From Dictyostelium discoideum (taxonomy: Eukaryota): a stretch of DNA of 64,000 bases. How positions within the stretch are numbered: position 1 is the stretch's first letter; the number at the start of each line of letters is the position of its first letter. Of this stretch, positions 12,069 to 25,949 are shown piece after piece. The notes beneath the pieces are model-generated. The model was not told the origin of the DNA, ran no database searches, and was given only the letters and a program-made list of their open reading frames with translations. The translations under genes and the position numbers were made by a program. The stretch lies in NCBI GenBank assembly GCA_000004695.1, contig CM000155.2, positions 2,208,001 through 2,272,000 on the forward strand, in the 5' to 3' direction.

Positions 12069-12706
12069 GATAATTTATTGAAAAAAATAAAATAATAAAT
12101 AATAATAATAATTAATAATAATAATAAATATTAAATAATAAAAATAATAATAAATAAAAAACAATAAATAAAAAAAAAAAATTAAATAAAGATTATTATT
12201 ATAATTATTGATAATATAATTATTAATTTTTTATATTATCAACACAAATCATTGTCATTGTAAATGATAAAAACAAAAAAAAATAGAAATAATAATATTA
12301 AAAATAATAATAGTAATAATAATAATAATTTAATATTAATAAATAGAAAATAAATATTTAAAAAATTTAGATCAATAATTTATCAATAAAGTGACTCATA
12401 ATTTATTTTTAAATATATAAATATAAATATAAATTTAAAATGAATATTATTAATATAAATAAAATTTTTAATAATATCTGCAATCATCTTTTAATTAAAC
12501 CGATATGTTTTTTTTTTTTTTTTTTTTTAAAAAATAATTTTAATTTTATTTATTTTTATTTTCTTTTTGATGGTGATTCCATCAATAGATTATTTGTATT
12601 TTATTTAATATTATTTTTAAAAGACTTAAAATACAAATAATTGAATTTGTTATTTTTATTTAAAATTTTTTTTTTATTTTTATTTTTCTTTTATCATATT
12701 GGTATT

Positions 12707-13813
12707 TCAATCATTAATATTAATATTATAACCAATATTATTTTGTAAAGCTTTTTTGTAAATATAATTTGCTGTAGCAACATCTTGAATTGCAGTGCCT
12801 GATGATTTATAAACGGTTATAGATTTTGATGTGGTGGTGGTGGTTTGTTGTTTGTATTTACCAGAAACTACATCACTTAATTTTCCAAGTATATGAGATT
12901 TAGTGATAATATTTTCTTTGTTAATTGGAATAAATAATTCACCAGATACCATACAACTATTTACATCATCTACAATTAGATTTGAATTTGAGATGGTGAA
13001 TGAATCTAATTCACGATTGGTTGGTCTACTACTACCAACTGCACAAATTAACAATGGCTTTTTCTTGAAATCTCTTTGTTTTTCTGATAAAACCTCATGA
13101 CCATTAAAGAGTGGTTCATTTGATGATGTAGCTGTTACTATAATGTCTGCTTCTAAAAGATAACGATTTATAATATCTTTATCGTCACCAGCACCAGTAG
13201 CAGCACAATAGTTGAATTCTACAGCATCATTATTATAGTTATTTTCATTTTTAAGTTGGATAATTAGTTTATCAACATTTTCTTTTGATCTTGATGAAAT
13301 GTAAACTTTTTTAATTGTTGGTTTTAATAATAAAATCATTTCGATATGTAATTGTGCTTGAAGACTTGAACCAAATACAAAAATGGTTTCGGGTGATTCG
13401 GTTGCTAAATATTTCACAGAAATTGCACTACCAGCTGCAGTTCTCGCTCCAGTAATATAGGTTGCACCAATCACTGCATTTGCCAAACCTGTCTCTATAT
13501 CGTTCAATATAATTGTTGCTGGTACAGTTGGTAATCCTTTATTGGCATTGTTTGCAAAGGTTCCTACAATTTTAATGCCAACAGATTCATCCACTACTAA
13601 AGATGGTTTAAAATATAAATTCCCAACAAGTTGTTTTTTATTTATTGGTTCATTTGAATCTTGTTGTGGCTGTGTTTTCTCTACTGGTAAGATTATTCTT
13701 TCTGGACAAACTACTTCCTCTTTTGATTCTTTAATAAAAACCTGTTCATTTATATCAATTACCTCTTTCAAAGATATCAATTTTTTAACATCAGATTCTT
13801 TAATAATTAACAT
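12707..13813 (-). CDS. ornithine cyclodeaminase / mu-crystallin (ketimine reductase) family protein
   Basis: 368-aa ORF containing …GIKIVGTFANNA…ATYITGARTAAGSAISVKYLA…ETIFVFGSSLQAQLHIE…AVGSSRP… This is the Rossmann/OCD-Mu-crystallin signature (ITxxRTAAxSA and GxGxQA). Confidence 0.85.
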   Translation of the reverse strand: MLIIKESDVKKLISLKEVIDINEQVFIKESKEEVVCPERIILPVEKTQPQQDSNEPINKKQLVGNLYFKPSLVVDESVGIKIVGTFANNANKGLPTVPATIILNDIETGLANAVIGATYITGARTAAGSAISVKYLATESPETIFVFGSSLQAQLHIEMILLLKPTIKKVYISSRSKENVDKLIIQLKNENNYNNDAVEFNYCAATGAGDDKDIINRYLLEADIIVTATSSNEPLFNGHEVLSEKQRDFKKKPLLICAVGSSRPTNRELDSFTISNSNLIVDDVNSCMVSGELFIPINKENIITKSHILGKLSDVVSGKYKQQTTTTTSKSITVYKSSGTAIQDVATANYIYKKALQNNIGYNININD

Positions 13814-14121
13814 CTTTTTTTTTTTTTGAGATTATGTGTGTGTATTTGTATTTGTATGTGTATATTATTATTTTTTTTTTTTTTTTGTAATTATTGAAAA
13901 TTTTTATTTTTTTTTTAACTTTATATAAAATTTAAAAAAAAAAATGAAAAAAAAAAAAATTATAATTACACCCTCTTTATTTTTTTGTGGAACTTTCGAT
14001 TGATTATTATTATTATTTTTTTTTTTTTTTCTTTTTTTGAAAAATGTGGGTTAAGTTGAAGAACAAAACAAATTAAAAAAAAATTGTGGTGGTTGATTCT
14101 CGAAAATAATTATTTAAAAAT

Positions 14122-14155
<34 letters not shown>

Positions 14156-14434
14156 AATTAGATTTGGTTCTAGTCGATCCAATATACAAATTTGAAAAAA
14201 AATTAAGAAAAAACATTTTATTGAATAAAGAGTTACCAAACTGGTAATAAAAATGAGGGTAAATATTTTCAAAATTAAAAACCACATATGATTTTAATTT
14301 TGATTAGTTATTTGTTGTTTTTTTTTTATATGTATTTATTATTTATAATCAATATATATATATCAATATATATATATATTAAAATTAACACACACACACT
14401 ATTATTAAATCTCTTTTTTTTTTTAAAAAACTTT

Positions 14435-14474
<40 letters not shown>

Positions 14475-15271
14475 TTAAAAGATACCATAAAAATATTACT
14501 TCATATTAAAAAAAAAAAAAAAACAAAAACAAACAATAACAATAATAAATATACTCTTTTTAATACATTAATATCATGATAATAAAAAAAATAAAAATAA
14601 AAAAAATAAATAAAAAAAAAATAATAATAATAATAATTTTGTAACACCCTTCCCATATATGATTATTATAAATTATTTAATCTTACCCCTGTTTTTTTAA
14701 TAACTACTACCCAAAATTGGTCCTTGTTAAATTTTAATTGATTTCAAAAAAAAATTAACGCCTATAATAAATATATTAATTTGATCATTTTAAAAAAATA
14801 TTAAAATGCTAAGTAAAATAAAATAACAAAAATATTTTAAAAATAAAAAATAAATAATAATAATAAAAAAACAAAAAATTAATAAATAATTAAAAAAAAA
14901 AAAAATAAATAAAAAAAAAAAACCCATTATCTATAAAATCCACGTGACTTTAGTTTTAATAAGTTAAAAAAAAATACAAATTTTATAAAAAAAAAAATTA
15001 TTTCGTGCAGGTATGTCATGTGGATCATAAATGAGTTTTTTTGTCATCTCTTTTTATAACCAATCATATAAAAAAAAACAATTAAAAAGGAATTGCAAAT
15101 AGATTTTAAAAAATGAAAAATAAAAAATAAAAAATAAAAAAATATAAAAAATAAAAAAAGTAAAAATAATAAAAAAAACAGAATAAAAAAAAAAAATGGG
15201 GAAAATTACCATTTAAAAGTGTTTAATTAAAAAATGATGATCCAAAATAATATCAATTTTTTTTTTAAAAA

Positions 15272-15307
<36 letters not shown>

Positions 15308-15465
15308 AAAAAGCTTTTATTTTTTTTTTTTTAAAGTTTTTTAAAAAGTTTAACCATTTTTTTCTATTGTTTTAATTATTATTACTATTATTATCCATTT
15401 TTACTATCTACTTTTTATCTAAACTTATTATTTATTATAAAAAATAATTATTAAAAAAGGTTTGA

Positions 15466-15535
<70 letters not shown>

Positions 15536-16090
15536 GATAAATATAAATATAAAAATAAAAATCGTGGGTCATGGAGTCCACTTGTATTTTTGCCACCATC
15601 TTTAAATTTTCTTTATTTTTAAATCAATCCAATTTATGTAGTTATAATAAATAATGAAAAAAAACTAATTTTTGACAAATTTATCATTTTTTTTATTATA
15701 ACCAAATTAATGGTATAATCTATGTATTTACAAAATTATTTCCCATTTTTTTTTCCCTTTTTTATTTTTATTTTTTTTTTTTTAAACTTTTTTTCCATAA
15801 ATTTCATTTTTTTTCACTATATATATATTAAAGTCCTTTATAATCAAATTTATTTTAAAAAAAAATTTTTAAAAAAAAAAAAAATAAAAATAAAAAAATG
15901 ATAATAACTTTTAATAATTTATAATATAATAATTTTTCATATGTTTGTATCATTTTCCCCAAAAGTTAGATTATCTTTTTGATTGTCATCAACATTCCAC
16001 CTCAAATTAAGTTCCAATAATCCTTTATGATATTATTATTATTATTATTTTTTTTTTTTTTTTTTTTTTTTTATTTTTTAAACTTGTGGT

Positions 16091-16126
<36 letters not shown>

Positions 16127-16444
16127 TTTTTTTTTTTTTCAATAATCACACTAAACAAATATAATTAATATATTAATTAAACTATTTTTTTTTTTTAAAA
16201 ATAAAAAAAATTTGGATTTTAAAATAAAAAATTTTTATATATATAATTTAGGGATTTAAAAAAAATAAAATAATAAAAATAAAATAATAAATAAAATTAA
16301 AATAAAAATAAAAATAATATTATTATAATTAATAAAAAAAAAAATAAAAAATTAAAAAAAAAAAAAATTATTAAATAAAAAAAATTAAAAATTAAATTAA
16401 AAATAAAAAATTAATAAATAAAAAAATAAATAAATAAATAAATA

Positions 16445-17209
16445 ATGCCATTGGACTACTCAATAGAAAAAGTTACTTCTATAAAGTCAGAAAGTATACT
16501 ACCATTTATTAAAAATAAAACCAATAAAATTATAAACAAATTAACCAACCATACAAACTCTACAAATAATAATAATAATTATAAATCATCAATATTTCAA
16601 ATAGGTGATATTTTATCCTGTTCTCAATTATTAAATGAAGATTATAATGATAATAACGAAAGTTCATCATCGTCATCATCATCATCATCATCAAACCCTC
16701 AAAACAAAAAAAATTCAAATAATCATAACACTTTAATTTGTGATTCGAAACAGACTCCAAATAATCAATTTTCAAACGAAAGTAATAAAACCAATACCCA
16801 ACCAATTCATAGTAATAATAATAACAATAATAATGATAATAACTCCAATTCTATCATTTTAAATAATAATTCAAACAATAATGAAAAAAAATTAAAATCA
16901 TATGAAAAATATAAAAACGACTTAAAATACTATGGTAATAATTTAAATAATATTACACCAAATAATATTAATATATTATATAATGACCTTTTAAAAACAC
17001 AAAACAATTCTCCAAATATTAAAGCTAAGTATCCATATAAAGAAAATGAAAAAAAGAGAAAACCACAATCAAGATCAAATAGTCAAAATAGTTTAAAAAA
17101 TTTATATAATAGGAATAATAATAATAATAATAATAACAATTATAATAATAATAATATTATTAATAATAGTAATAATAATAATAATGGGTGTAATAATAAT
17201 AATAGCTCC

Positions 17210-17245
<36 letters not shown>

Positions 17246-17941
17246 TATAATAATAATAATAATAATTTAAATAATTGTAATAATATAATTAGATCATATG
17301 CAATTTGTTGTAATATTTGGGCATATAGTTTATCAATGGCATCAATATTATATGGTTGTACATTAGCATATAGAGTTACAAATTATATTGATGTTTTTAA
17401 TTTTTGTTTAATTCTTTCATTCTCGATAAATATTCAAGGAATTCAATCATTATTGGCAATCGATAGGGATATTAAAAATAGAGGTGAAATTGTATTAACC
17501 TCAAGAAATCTAACGAAATCGATAGTTAAGAAATTTTTAATAGGTCATTGTATATTCACAGTATTTTGTATTGGTACTATTTTATTTAGAGTTGGTTTTG
17601 AAAGATTTATTGTTATGGGCCCCTTAATGGCAATAACTTTTCTATTATGTCTTTTTATAATCGGGTATCCTTTAGAGGTTAGAATTTATGGTACAACTGA
17701 ATTGGCAGTTCCAATTTTCTTTGTGGTCTTAGTAAAACTTTCATATTTAATGCAAACTTTTGAATATAACGATTTGTTTTTTCTTTACGTTTTACCCATA
17801 GCATTGGTAATTGAAGGTTCTCATCATTCGTTTAATATGAAAAATATAAAATATAATTTAACTGAAAAATATAAATCCTTGGCTGGGGTTATGGATAGAA
17901 ATCATTCAGAAGTTTTATTTTTATTTTATTATATATTGTAA
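16445..17941 (+). CDS. hypothetical Asn-rich multi-pass membrane protein
   Basis: 498-aa ORF. The N-terminal 280 aa are low-complexity Asn/Ser. The C-terminal about 210 aa contain 5-6 hydrophobic helices (…LYGCTLAYRV…FCLILSFSINIQ…IGHCIFTVFCIGTILF…LMAITFLLCLFIIGYPL…VPIFFVVLV…). I recognised no family. A short 3' exon at about 18089-18238 is possible but unproven. Confidence 0.5.
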
Positions 17942-18447
17942 ATATTACAAAAAAATTCTATTTTTATATATATTATTTATTTTCATAAATTAATTAATTT
18001 TATTTTTTTTTTTTATTTTTTTTTTTTTTTGTTTCTGAATTTAGATCTTATTTATTATTAATATTTATTTCAATACTTCAAAATAGGTTAATGATATCAT
18101 TACCAATATTAATTTTACCAAAGCTTAAAAAAATTATAATATCTTTAAAAAATGATAACCTCGAAGAATTAAATGAAGAAACATCTCAGTTTTCATTCTA
18201 TTTTGGTATTTTAACTTCAATTGGAATGATATATTAAAAATATCGTTTGAAATTTGGTTTTGAATTTTTAAATTCTTTTTCTTTTCTCTCTTTTATTTTT
18301 TTGTTTTCTTTTTTTTTTTTTTTTTTATATCTCTTTTTATTGTTTTTTTTATATTGTGTCTCCTTTCCTATCATATGTATTATTTTTTTAAAAAAATAAA
18401 TACTGGTGACCCAAGAGATTTAATTCTCAATTTCAATTAATCAAAAG

Positions 18448-18512
<65 letters not shown>

Positions 18513-19621
18513 AAAAAAAATACAATAACAATAATGAAATTATAAAGAATTTTTTGTAAATTTTTTTATTCTCTTTATATTTTTTATTATTATTTTAAAG
18601 CTTACTCTCCTCTTTCCAATTAAAATTAAATTTTATTTTACACTTTTCCCCAATTTTTATTTAATTTTTATTTACCTTATAAAAACGTTGGTTGACTTGG
18701 AAACTTACCTTTTGATCCTTATAATGAAATAAAAAGCTTTTTTTTGATCACCTTCCATAGCTATACAAAGATTAGAAAATATATTTCATCCTGGATCATA
18801 ACGATCCTTTTTAAACTCCCATTCAATTATTTCCTTAAAAAAAAAAAAAAAATAAAAAAAAAAAAAATTAAAAAAAAGAAATCATTTAAAAATAAATTTT
18901 TTTCAAATGGGGTTTTGTTTTAAAAAAAAAAAAAGTATAAAAAAAAAAAAAAAAATTTTAAAAATGGTTTTTTTTTTTTAATTTTCATTGTTTTTTTTTT
19001 TTTTTTTAATAAATTTTCATTTTCTGTTTTTTCTTTTGTATTTTAATTCATTTGAATCTAATATCGAAAACTAATCCAGTACCAAAAAATTTTATTTTTT
19101 AGTAACTTTTCCATCAAATAGAACACCCAAAAACGCACAAAATGATATGAAATATAAAAAAAATGAATTGTATTCATTTTTTTGAATTTTTTTTTTTTTT
19201 TTTAAATTCTATTTTTTTAAAAATATATTCCTCAAATAAAAAAACAATCACAAAAAGTGAAATTAGATTCTAAAAATTTATTTAAAAAAAAAAAAAACCA
19301 AAATTGATTTGATTTAAAATTTGAATGTTTATCAAAATTTTTTTACTAAAAAATAATAATAATAAAAATAATATTAATAATAATATTAATAATAAACTTG
19401 TTTTTTAATTGAGTGACAACTTAATATGGTTTGTTTTTTTATAAAAATTCAAAAAATTGATACACGCGCTCCCAAAATAAAAACAATTACAAAAAATGAA
19501 TGGTAAGTAATTTAATTTTAAAAAAATGATTAAAAAAAAAAAAAAAGACAATGTTTTTTTTTTTTATTTTTCTAAGTGTTAAATTTGTATGTTTCTATTA
19601 ATAAATAATTTATTTGATTTT

Positions 19622-19654
<33 letters not shown>

Positions 19655-19994
19655 GATCATAAATTCCAATTTCTTTTAACTAGTTAACAAAATAGGAAAA
19701 AAAATTTTAAAAAAAATAAAAATAAAAATCAAAAAAATAAAAATAAAATAAAAAAATAAAATAAATAAAAAAAAAAAATAATTTAAAAAAAAAAAAATAA
19801 AAATTGAAAAAAAAAAAAAATTTCGAGACTTTCATACCTGGTCTTTTACAAAAATACATATATTCAATCTATGGAGTAATAATACAAATAATACAAATAA
19901 TACAAATAATATTAATCATAATAATAAATATAATAATATTAAATAATATTAATAATATAACATTAAATAGTAATAATAAATAAATAAATAAATA

Positions 19995-20037
<43 letters not shown>

Positions 20038-20052
20038 ATATATACATACAAA

Positions 20053-20168
20053 ATGAAATTAAAACAAGTATTCCTTTGGGTTAATGTTTTTATTTTTGTT
20101 ATCTCATTACTTTTAACTGTTTTTTTCTTTGATAAAATATGGGCTTTTGATGTAAGTTTTTATAATTA

Positions 20169-20216
<48 letters not shown>

Positions 20217-20936
20217 ACTATTTATAAATTTCTTTATTAATAATAATAAAAAAAGAGAGATTTACAAAATGAATTTAAAAAAGGTCAATGTGAAATCACA
20301 TCAATATTAGTATCAGAGAAAATAACATTTTGGCCATGTAATACAGAGAATAATAATTTATGGTGGTTTTCATATTATAAGGATAACTTTATAAAGGAAG
20401 TAGTTATGAAAGGTACCGATCCAAAAATGAATTCTGATGTCGATTCAGAGACAGATGTAAACTTTCAAAAATGTTATCATGGTATCATTAGTGTCAATTT
20501 TAACTTTTCCGACCCATTAAATAATGGTCAAATGGAATTAGCACATTCGAATATCTCTGGTCTATACTCACAAAATCAAACTTGGGTAAACGGTTATCTA
20601 ACACAATTTATAGAGAAACAACAAAAAGGATCTGGTATAATAGAATGTTATTACAAGCCATTGAATCCATACCAAGTACTACCATTCCTACCTGAAATTA
20701 GTAACCTTGGTTTAATTTGGGGTTCAATCTTTTTAGCATCAACTTGTATCTCCTTTATTTTAATCATTGTTTTCTTTTTATATCGTCATAAATATAGAAA
20801 AGATAAATATCAAATTTTCTTAAATAATAGTAGTAATAGTAGTTTAAATAATAGTGGTATTAGAAAAAGTATTGGTGGTAGTATGTCAAGTAGTAGTACT
20901 GGTAAAATTAGTACCGCTGGTATTGTTTCATTATCA

Positions 20937-20972
<36 letters not shown>

Positions 20973-21335
20973 GATAGTGGTGCAAGTGGTAGTGGTAAAA
21001 ATAATTCACCAGCATTATCATCAACATCATCATCAAAAAATAAACATGTAATTGAATCAACATTAGAATTCTCTGATTTTTCATTTAATTTACAACAAGT
21101 TGCAAATCAAAAACCACAAAAATCTGCATTAAAACAACCAATAAATCCAAATTCTGTAAACTCTTCTCCCTTTTCTTCCTCTCCTTCATCCTCTTCAAAA
21201 AAGAAACATAAAATAATTGATAATGATCCTTCTGATTCATTAGATCAATTAAACTCATCAGGAAGTGGTAATAGTAGTAATAGTAGTAATAGTAGTAATA
21301 GTAGTAATAGTAGTAATAGTAATATTAATTCACCA

Positions 21336-21406
<71 letters not shown>

Positions 21407-21410
21407 CTAA
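20053..21410 (+). CDS. hypothetical type I membrane protein (signal peptide, about 150-aa ectodomain, one transmembrane helix, Ser/Asn-rich tail); join(20053..20151,20256..21410)
   Basis: Exon 1 encodes MKLKQVFLWVNVFIFVISLLLTVFFFDKIWAFD, a signal-peptide-like segment ending at a GTAAGT donor in phase 0. A 104-bp AT intron ends AAAAAG. Exon 2 is in frame with the 20406 ORF: RDLQNEFKKGQCEITS…CYHGIIS…ECYYKPLNPYQVLPF, then the helix IWGSIFLASTCISFILIIVFFLY, then YRHKYRKDK and a long S/N-rich tail. Confidence 0.5.
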
Positions 21411-21612
21411 AAAAAACAATAAAAACAAAATATGTATTTTATTTAATTGTAAAATATAAATAAATAAAAAAGGTATTTCCAAGACACCTGAAAAAGGGGG
21501 TTTTAAATATAAAAATAGAAAATTTTTATTATTTATTTATTTCTTTTTTTTCTTTTATTTAAAATTATTAATTATTAATTATTAATTATTATTTGTTATT
21601 ATTTATTATTAT

Positions 21613-21977
21613 TTAATTTGTTTTCTTTTTAATTGAAGATTTCTTCTTGTATGCTTTTACAAAGAATTGAATGAATAAACCAAGGAATGATAAAATTACG
21701 AAATCACTAAAAGCTGAAGTTGCCCAAGTACCAGAACAATAATTTGAGTTGTGATTACCTTGAGTATCATAAAAATGCCATGCTAAATGTGAACTCATAT
21801 CAACTATGAATTGTATGATTTGACAAGTTGTAATATGTTTTTTCCACCATGGATTAATTCCACGTTCAGTTTGGAAATAATAAAAGTACATAACAATATG
21901 AACGAAACAATTTGCTGAAATATCTACCCATTGACAGCCTAATATAATTAAAATTAAGGTATTAATATGCATATAAC

Positions 21978-22019
<42 letters not shown>

Positions 22020-22638
22020 GTATTGATATACTTTACCAGTATCATATTTAAGGTTTGCCCAAACAAGCCATAATGTAATGAAATGATGCCATACATGTAA
22101 AAATAATAAACTTTTCTAAAAGATTTTAAAAATAAAAAAAAAAAATGTGGGAAATATTAATATGGGTACCCATCATTTGATTTTTTTAAATTTTTAAATT
22201 TTTAAATTTTTAAATTTTTTTACTAACCTTTCTTAAAACTTGAATTATTGTATCAATAAATTCATAAACTTTACTAAGATAGAAAATGTAATAACTGAAT
22301 TGAACTAAACCACTATCAATTGGTTTACAAATTATATTGTATAAACCATGTGGGAATGAATATTTTGCCATTGGAATTACAATACCTAAAAACATTAATA
22401 ATGATAATAAACATAAGAATAAATTATGAAACATCGCAAATCCATGTAATTTAATTTCTTTTTTATTTTTCATAAAAATTTGTAATCCATAAATTAATGC
22501 CAAATAACCAAATGAACATACTATTGGGAAGAGAATATTTGAAAATGGTGTAACTTCATTCTTCCATCTAAATCTGTCAATTGTTCCAATTGGATCTTTT
22601 GAAAATTCTTGAAAATTAATATCATGAATATGTTCCAT
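21613..22638 (-). CDS. ELO-family (GNS1/SUR4) fatty-acid elongase; join(complement(22228..22638),complement(22037..22115),complement(21613..21938))
   Basis: Exon 1 ends …QVLRK before a GTTAGT donor. Exon 2, after TTTTAG|, encodes KSLLFLHVWHHFITLWLVWANLKYDT, which is the ELO His-box. Its G|GTAAAG donor is phase 1. Exon 3, after TATTAG|, encodes G CQWVDISANCFVHIVMYFYYF…TCQIIQF… and ends KKKTN, a KKxx ER-retrieval motif. These are the HVxMYxYY and TxxQxxQF motifs. The spliced CDS is 816 nt and encodes 271 aa. Confidence 0.8.
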
Positions 22639-23121
22639 TTTATTTTATTATTATTATTTTTTTATTTTTATATTTTTATTTTTATATTTTTATTTTTATA
22701 TTTTTATTTTTATATTTTTATTTTCAAATTAATTCAATTCTTTGATGATCTATTTATAAATTAAAAAAAAAAAAAAAAAAAAACAAAATTTAATTTATTA
22801 TTATTATTATTATTATATATATATATATACTACTACTATTTATTATAAAATTATTATTTTTTATTTTTTTTATTTTTATTTTAATTTTCGCAGTTTGTGT
22901 GTGTGTGTTTTGAACAACCTGAATGAAAAACGATAACAATGAAAAGGTGCCAAAAAAAAAAAAAAAAATAAAATAAAAATTTTTCGAAAACGAATAAAAT
23001 TTTTAAAAAAAGAATTTCTAGTTAATGTTGTGAAAAAAAAATAAAAAAATAAAATTAAAAAAAACCTTTGGGTTTTAATTATTTAAAATTTTTTTTTTTT
23101 TTTTAATTTAAGAAAATGAAA

Positions 23122-23156
<35 letters not shown>

Positions 23157-23841
23157 AGAGTTTAGGCCCAAAAAAAAAAAAATAAAAAAAAAAAAAAAAA
23201 AAAAAATAAAAATAAATTGAAATTAACGAAAAAAAAAAAAATCATACTGGCGTTTTTATTTCGGTTCCTTTGTGTTTGTATTAGTGAAAATAAAAAACTT
23301 TTAAAAGGGTATGCCCTCCAAACACATGTGAAAACAAAAAAAAAAAAAAAGATAAAATAATAAATAAAGATAAATCATTATAAATTTAATTATGGTTTGT
23401 GTAAACAAATCTGTGATTTCATATAAAATATTCTAAATGGCCATTCAATACTTTTTTTTTTTTTTTATGAATTCAAATTGGTTGGATTCCAGGATATGGA
23501 GTCATAAATATTATTTTATATTATTTTCTGTATTATTTTTATTATTATTATTATTATTTTATTTTTTTTTTTTCTCGATCATTTATAAATGTAAAAAAAA
23601 AAAAAAAATAAAAAAAATAATATAATAATAAAAAAAAAAAAAAAATATCTGTTAAAAGTTTTTGAAAAATCATTTATTTCATTGCCACACAAAAAATCAA
23701 AAAAAAAAAAGAGAATAATAAAAAATAAATAAAAGAGATTAAATCTTAATATTTTTATTTTCACTAATTTTTGGAAATAATATTTTTTTTTTTAAAATTT
23801 TTTTATTTTTTAATTTTTTTTTAATTATAGTTAATATATCC

Positions 23842-23925
<84 letters not shown>

Positions 23926-24139
23926 TTTTTTTTGTTTTTTGTTCTTGTTTTACTAATTAATTTTTTTTCCCGAAGAAGATGAAAATATACCATAATTTTA
24001 CAAGCAATTCTTTTAATTTATTTTTTTAATTTTTCAAATCATTATTTTTTTTATTTTTTTTTATTTTTTTTATTTTTTTATTTTTTTTATTTTTTTTTTT
24101 TATTTTTTCACCACACTAAATAAATAAATAAATAAAAAT

Positions 24140-24850
24140 ATGACTTCAAAATTAATTAATTTCATTACAATTGAAAAAGAAAGATTTGAAGATGAATGTG
24201 TTAAATTTATTAAAAATGTAATTACAGATTCAATTAATAGTAGAAATATTGCAACCATTGGTTTGTCTGGTGGATCAACACCAAAGCCAATCTATGAAAT
24301 GTTAGGTAACGATTCATCAATAGATTGGACAAAAGTGTATTTCTTTGCAGTAGATGAGAGATACATTGATAAAAGTAGCAAAGATTCAATCTATGATTTA
24401 ATTAGTAAATCTGTTTTCAAGAATAGAGAGAATTTATTAGTCGACCATTTCATTACCCCAAATACCTCACTTCCTTTGAAAGAATGTATTGAAACCTATT
24501 CAAACGATTTAAAGAAATTAATTGAAAAATCAAATGGTTCACCAGATTTAGTTACATTAGGTATGGGTGAAGACGGTCATATAGCATCCATCTTTCCAAA
24601 TTCTCCAAAATCGCCACTCGATGAAACTGATTTAGTCTATCATACAACCACTGAACGTTTTGCAATCTTTGATCGTATCACTACCAACATTAACTTTTTA
24701 GCTTCCTCAAAAAATAAAGTCTTCTTTATGAGTGGTTCTTCAAAGAAAAAAGTTTGGGATGAAATGGAATCTTCTCAAATAAATGTTTCTAGATGGCCAG
24801 CTCATAAAATAATTTCATCTGGTAATACAAATGTATTTTATAGAGAATAA
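24140..24850 (+). CDS. 6-phosphogluconolactonase (pentose-phosphate pathway)
   Basis: 236-aa single-exon ORF with IGLSGGSTP, FFAVDERY and LVTLGMGEDGHIASIFP. These are the diagnostic 6PGL/DevB motifs. Confidence 0.9.
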   Translation: MTSKLINFITIEKERFEDECVKFIKNVITDSINSRNIATIGLSGGSTPKPIYEMLGNDSSIDWTKVYFFAVDERYIDKSSKDSIYDLISKSVFKNRENLLVDHFITPNTSLPLKECIETYSNDLKKLIEKSNGSPDLVTLGMGEDGHIASIFPNSPKSPLDETDLVYHTTTERFAIFDRITTNINFLASSKNKVFFMSGSSKKKVWDEMESSQINVSRWPAHKIISSGNTNVFYRE

Positions 24851-25467
24851 TAAATTTTTTTTAAAAAAAAAAATAAAATAAAATAATTATATAATTTAAT
24901 ATAGATATGCAATAGAAATGAGTTTTTTTTTTTTTTTATTCTTTTTTTTTTTTCTTTTTTAAATTTTCTGTTTTTTCTGGCCAACCAATCAATCAAAATA
25001 AAAAAAAAAATAAAAAAACAGAAATAATTACTAAATAATGCTAATTTTTAATCCGACGAAGTGTCTTTTATTTTTTTATTTTTTATTTTTTTTTATTTTT
25101 TATTTTTTTTTTTAAATTCGAAGACTAATTTGATCGAGATTGTAAATACAACCATTTGATATTTTATTATTGTTTTTTTTTTATTTTTTTTTTTTTATTT
25201 TTTGTTTTTTTTTTATTTTTTGTTTTTTTTTTAAAAATAGGTTTTTTTTGTTTAGAAAAAAAAAAATAAAAAAAGTTGAAAATAATAAAATTTGAATTTT
25301 TTGACATTTTTTTTTACCAGTATTAGTCATTTCTCTGTTTTATCCTGTTTGATTGCAAAGTTTTGTTTGAGAATTTGGAGTATTTTCCTTTTAGTTTTTT
25401 TTTTGCACATATTATTAATTTTTTTTATAATAATCTAACCAAGACACTTAACTTTTTATTAATATTA

Positions 25468-25541
<74 letters not shown>

Positions 25542-25830
25542 CCCATCCATAGTGAAAAAATAGTAGTAGCATTATTTAGAAAATATTAATTAGTTATCGT
25601 ATTATTATAATTATCAATAGCAATAATTTTTTTTTTTTTTAAAAAATTTTATATATATATATTATTTTGCATGATAAAAAATACAATAACTCTTTTTTTT
25701 TATTTTTTTTTAAACTTTAAAATATTCTAAGTTTGGTCAAAATTAAAAAAAAAAAAAAAAAAATAAAATAAAATAAAATAAATAATAATAACAAATAAAA
25801 AATAAAAAAATAAAATTTTTTTAATAATAA

Positions 25831-25865
<35 letters not shown>

Positions 25866-25949
25866 TAAATAATAAACATATATATATATATACACACAAA
25901 TAAAATTTTATTTATTTTTTTTTTATTTATTTTTTTTTTTTCTTAAGGA

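Noticed and set aside
19869-20051. 60-aa minus-strand ORF (YIYLFIYLF…)
   Set aside because: It is a translation of (AAAT)n/(ATAAATA)n simple repeats upstream of the 20053 gene.
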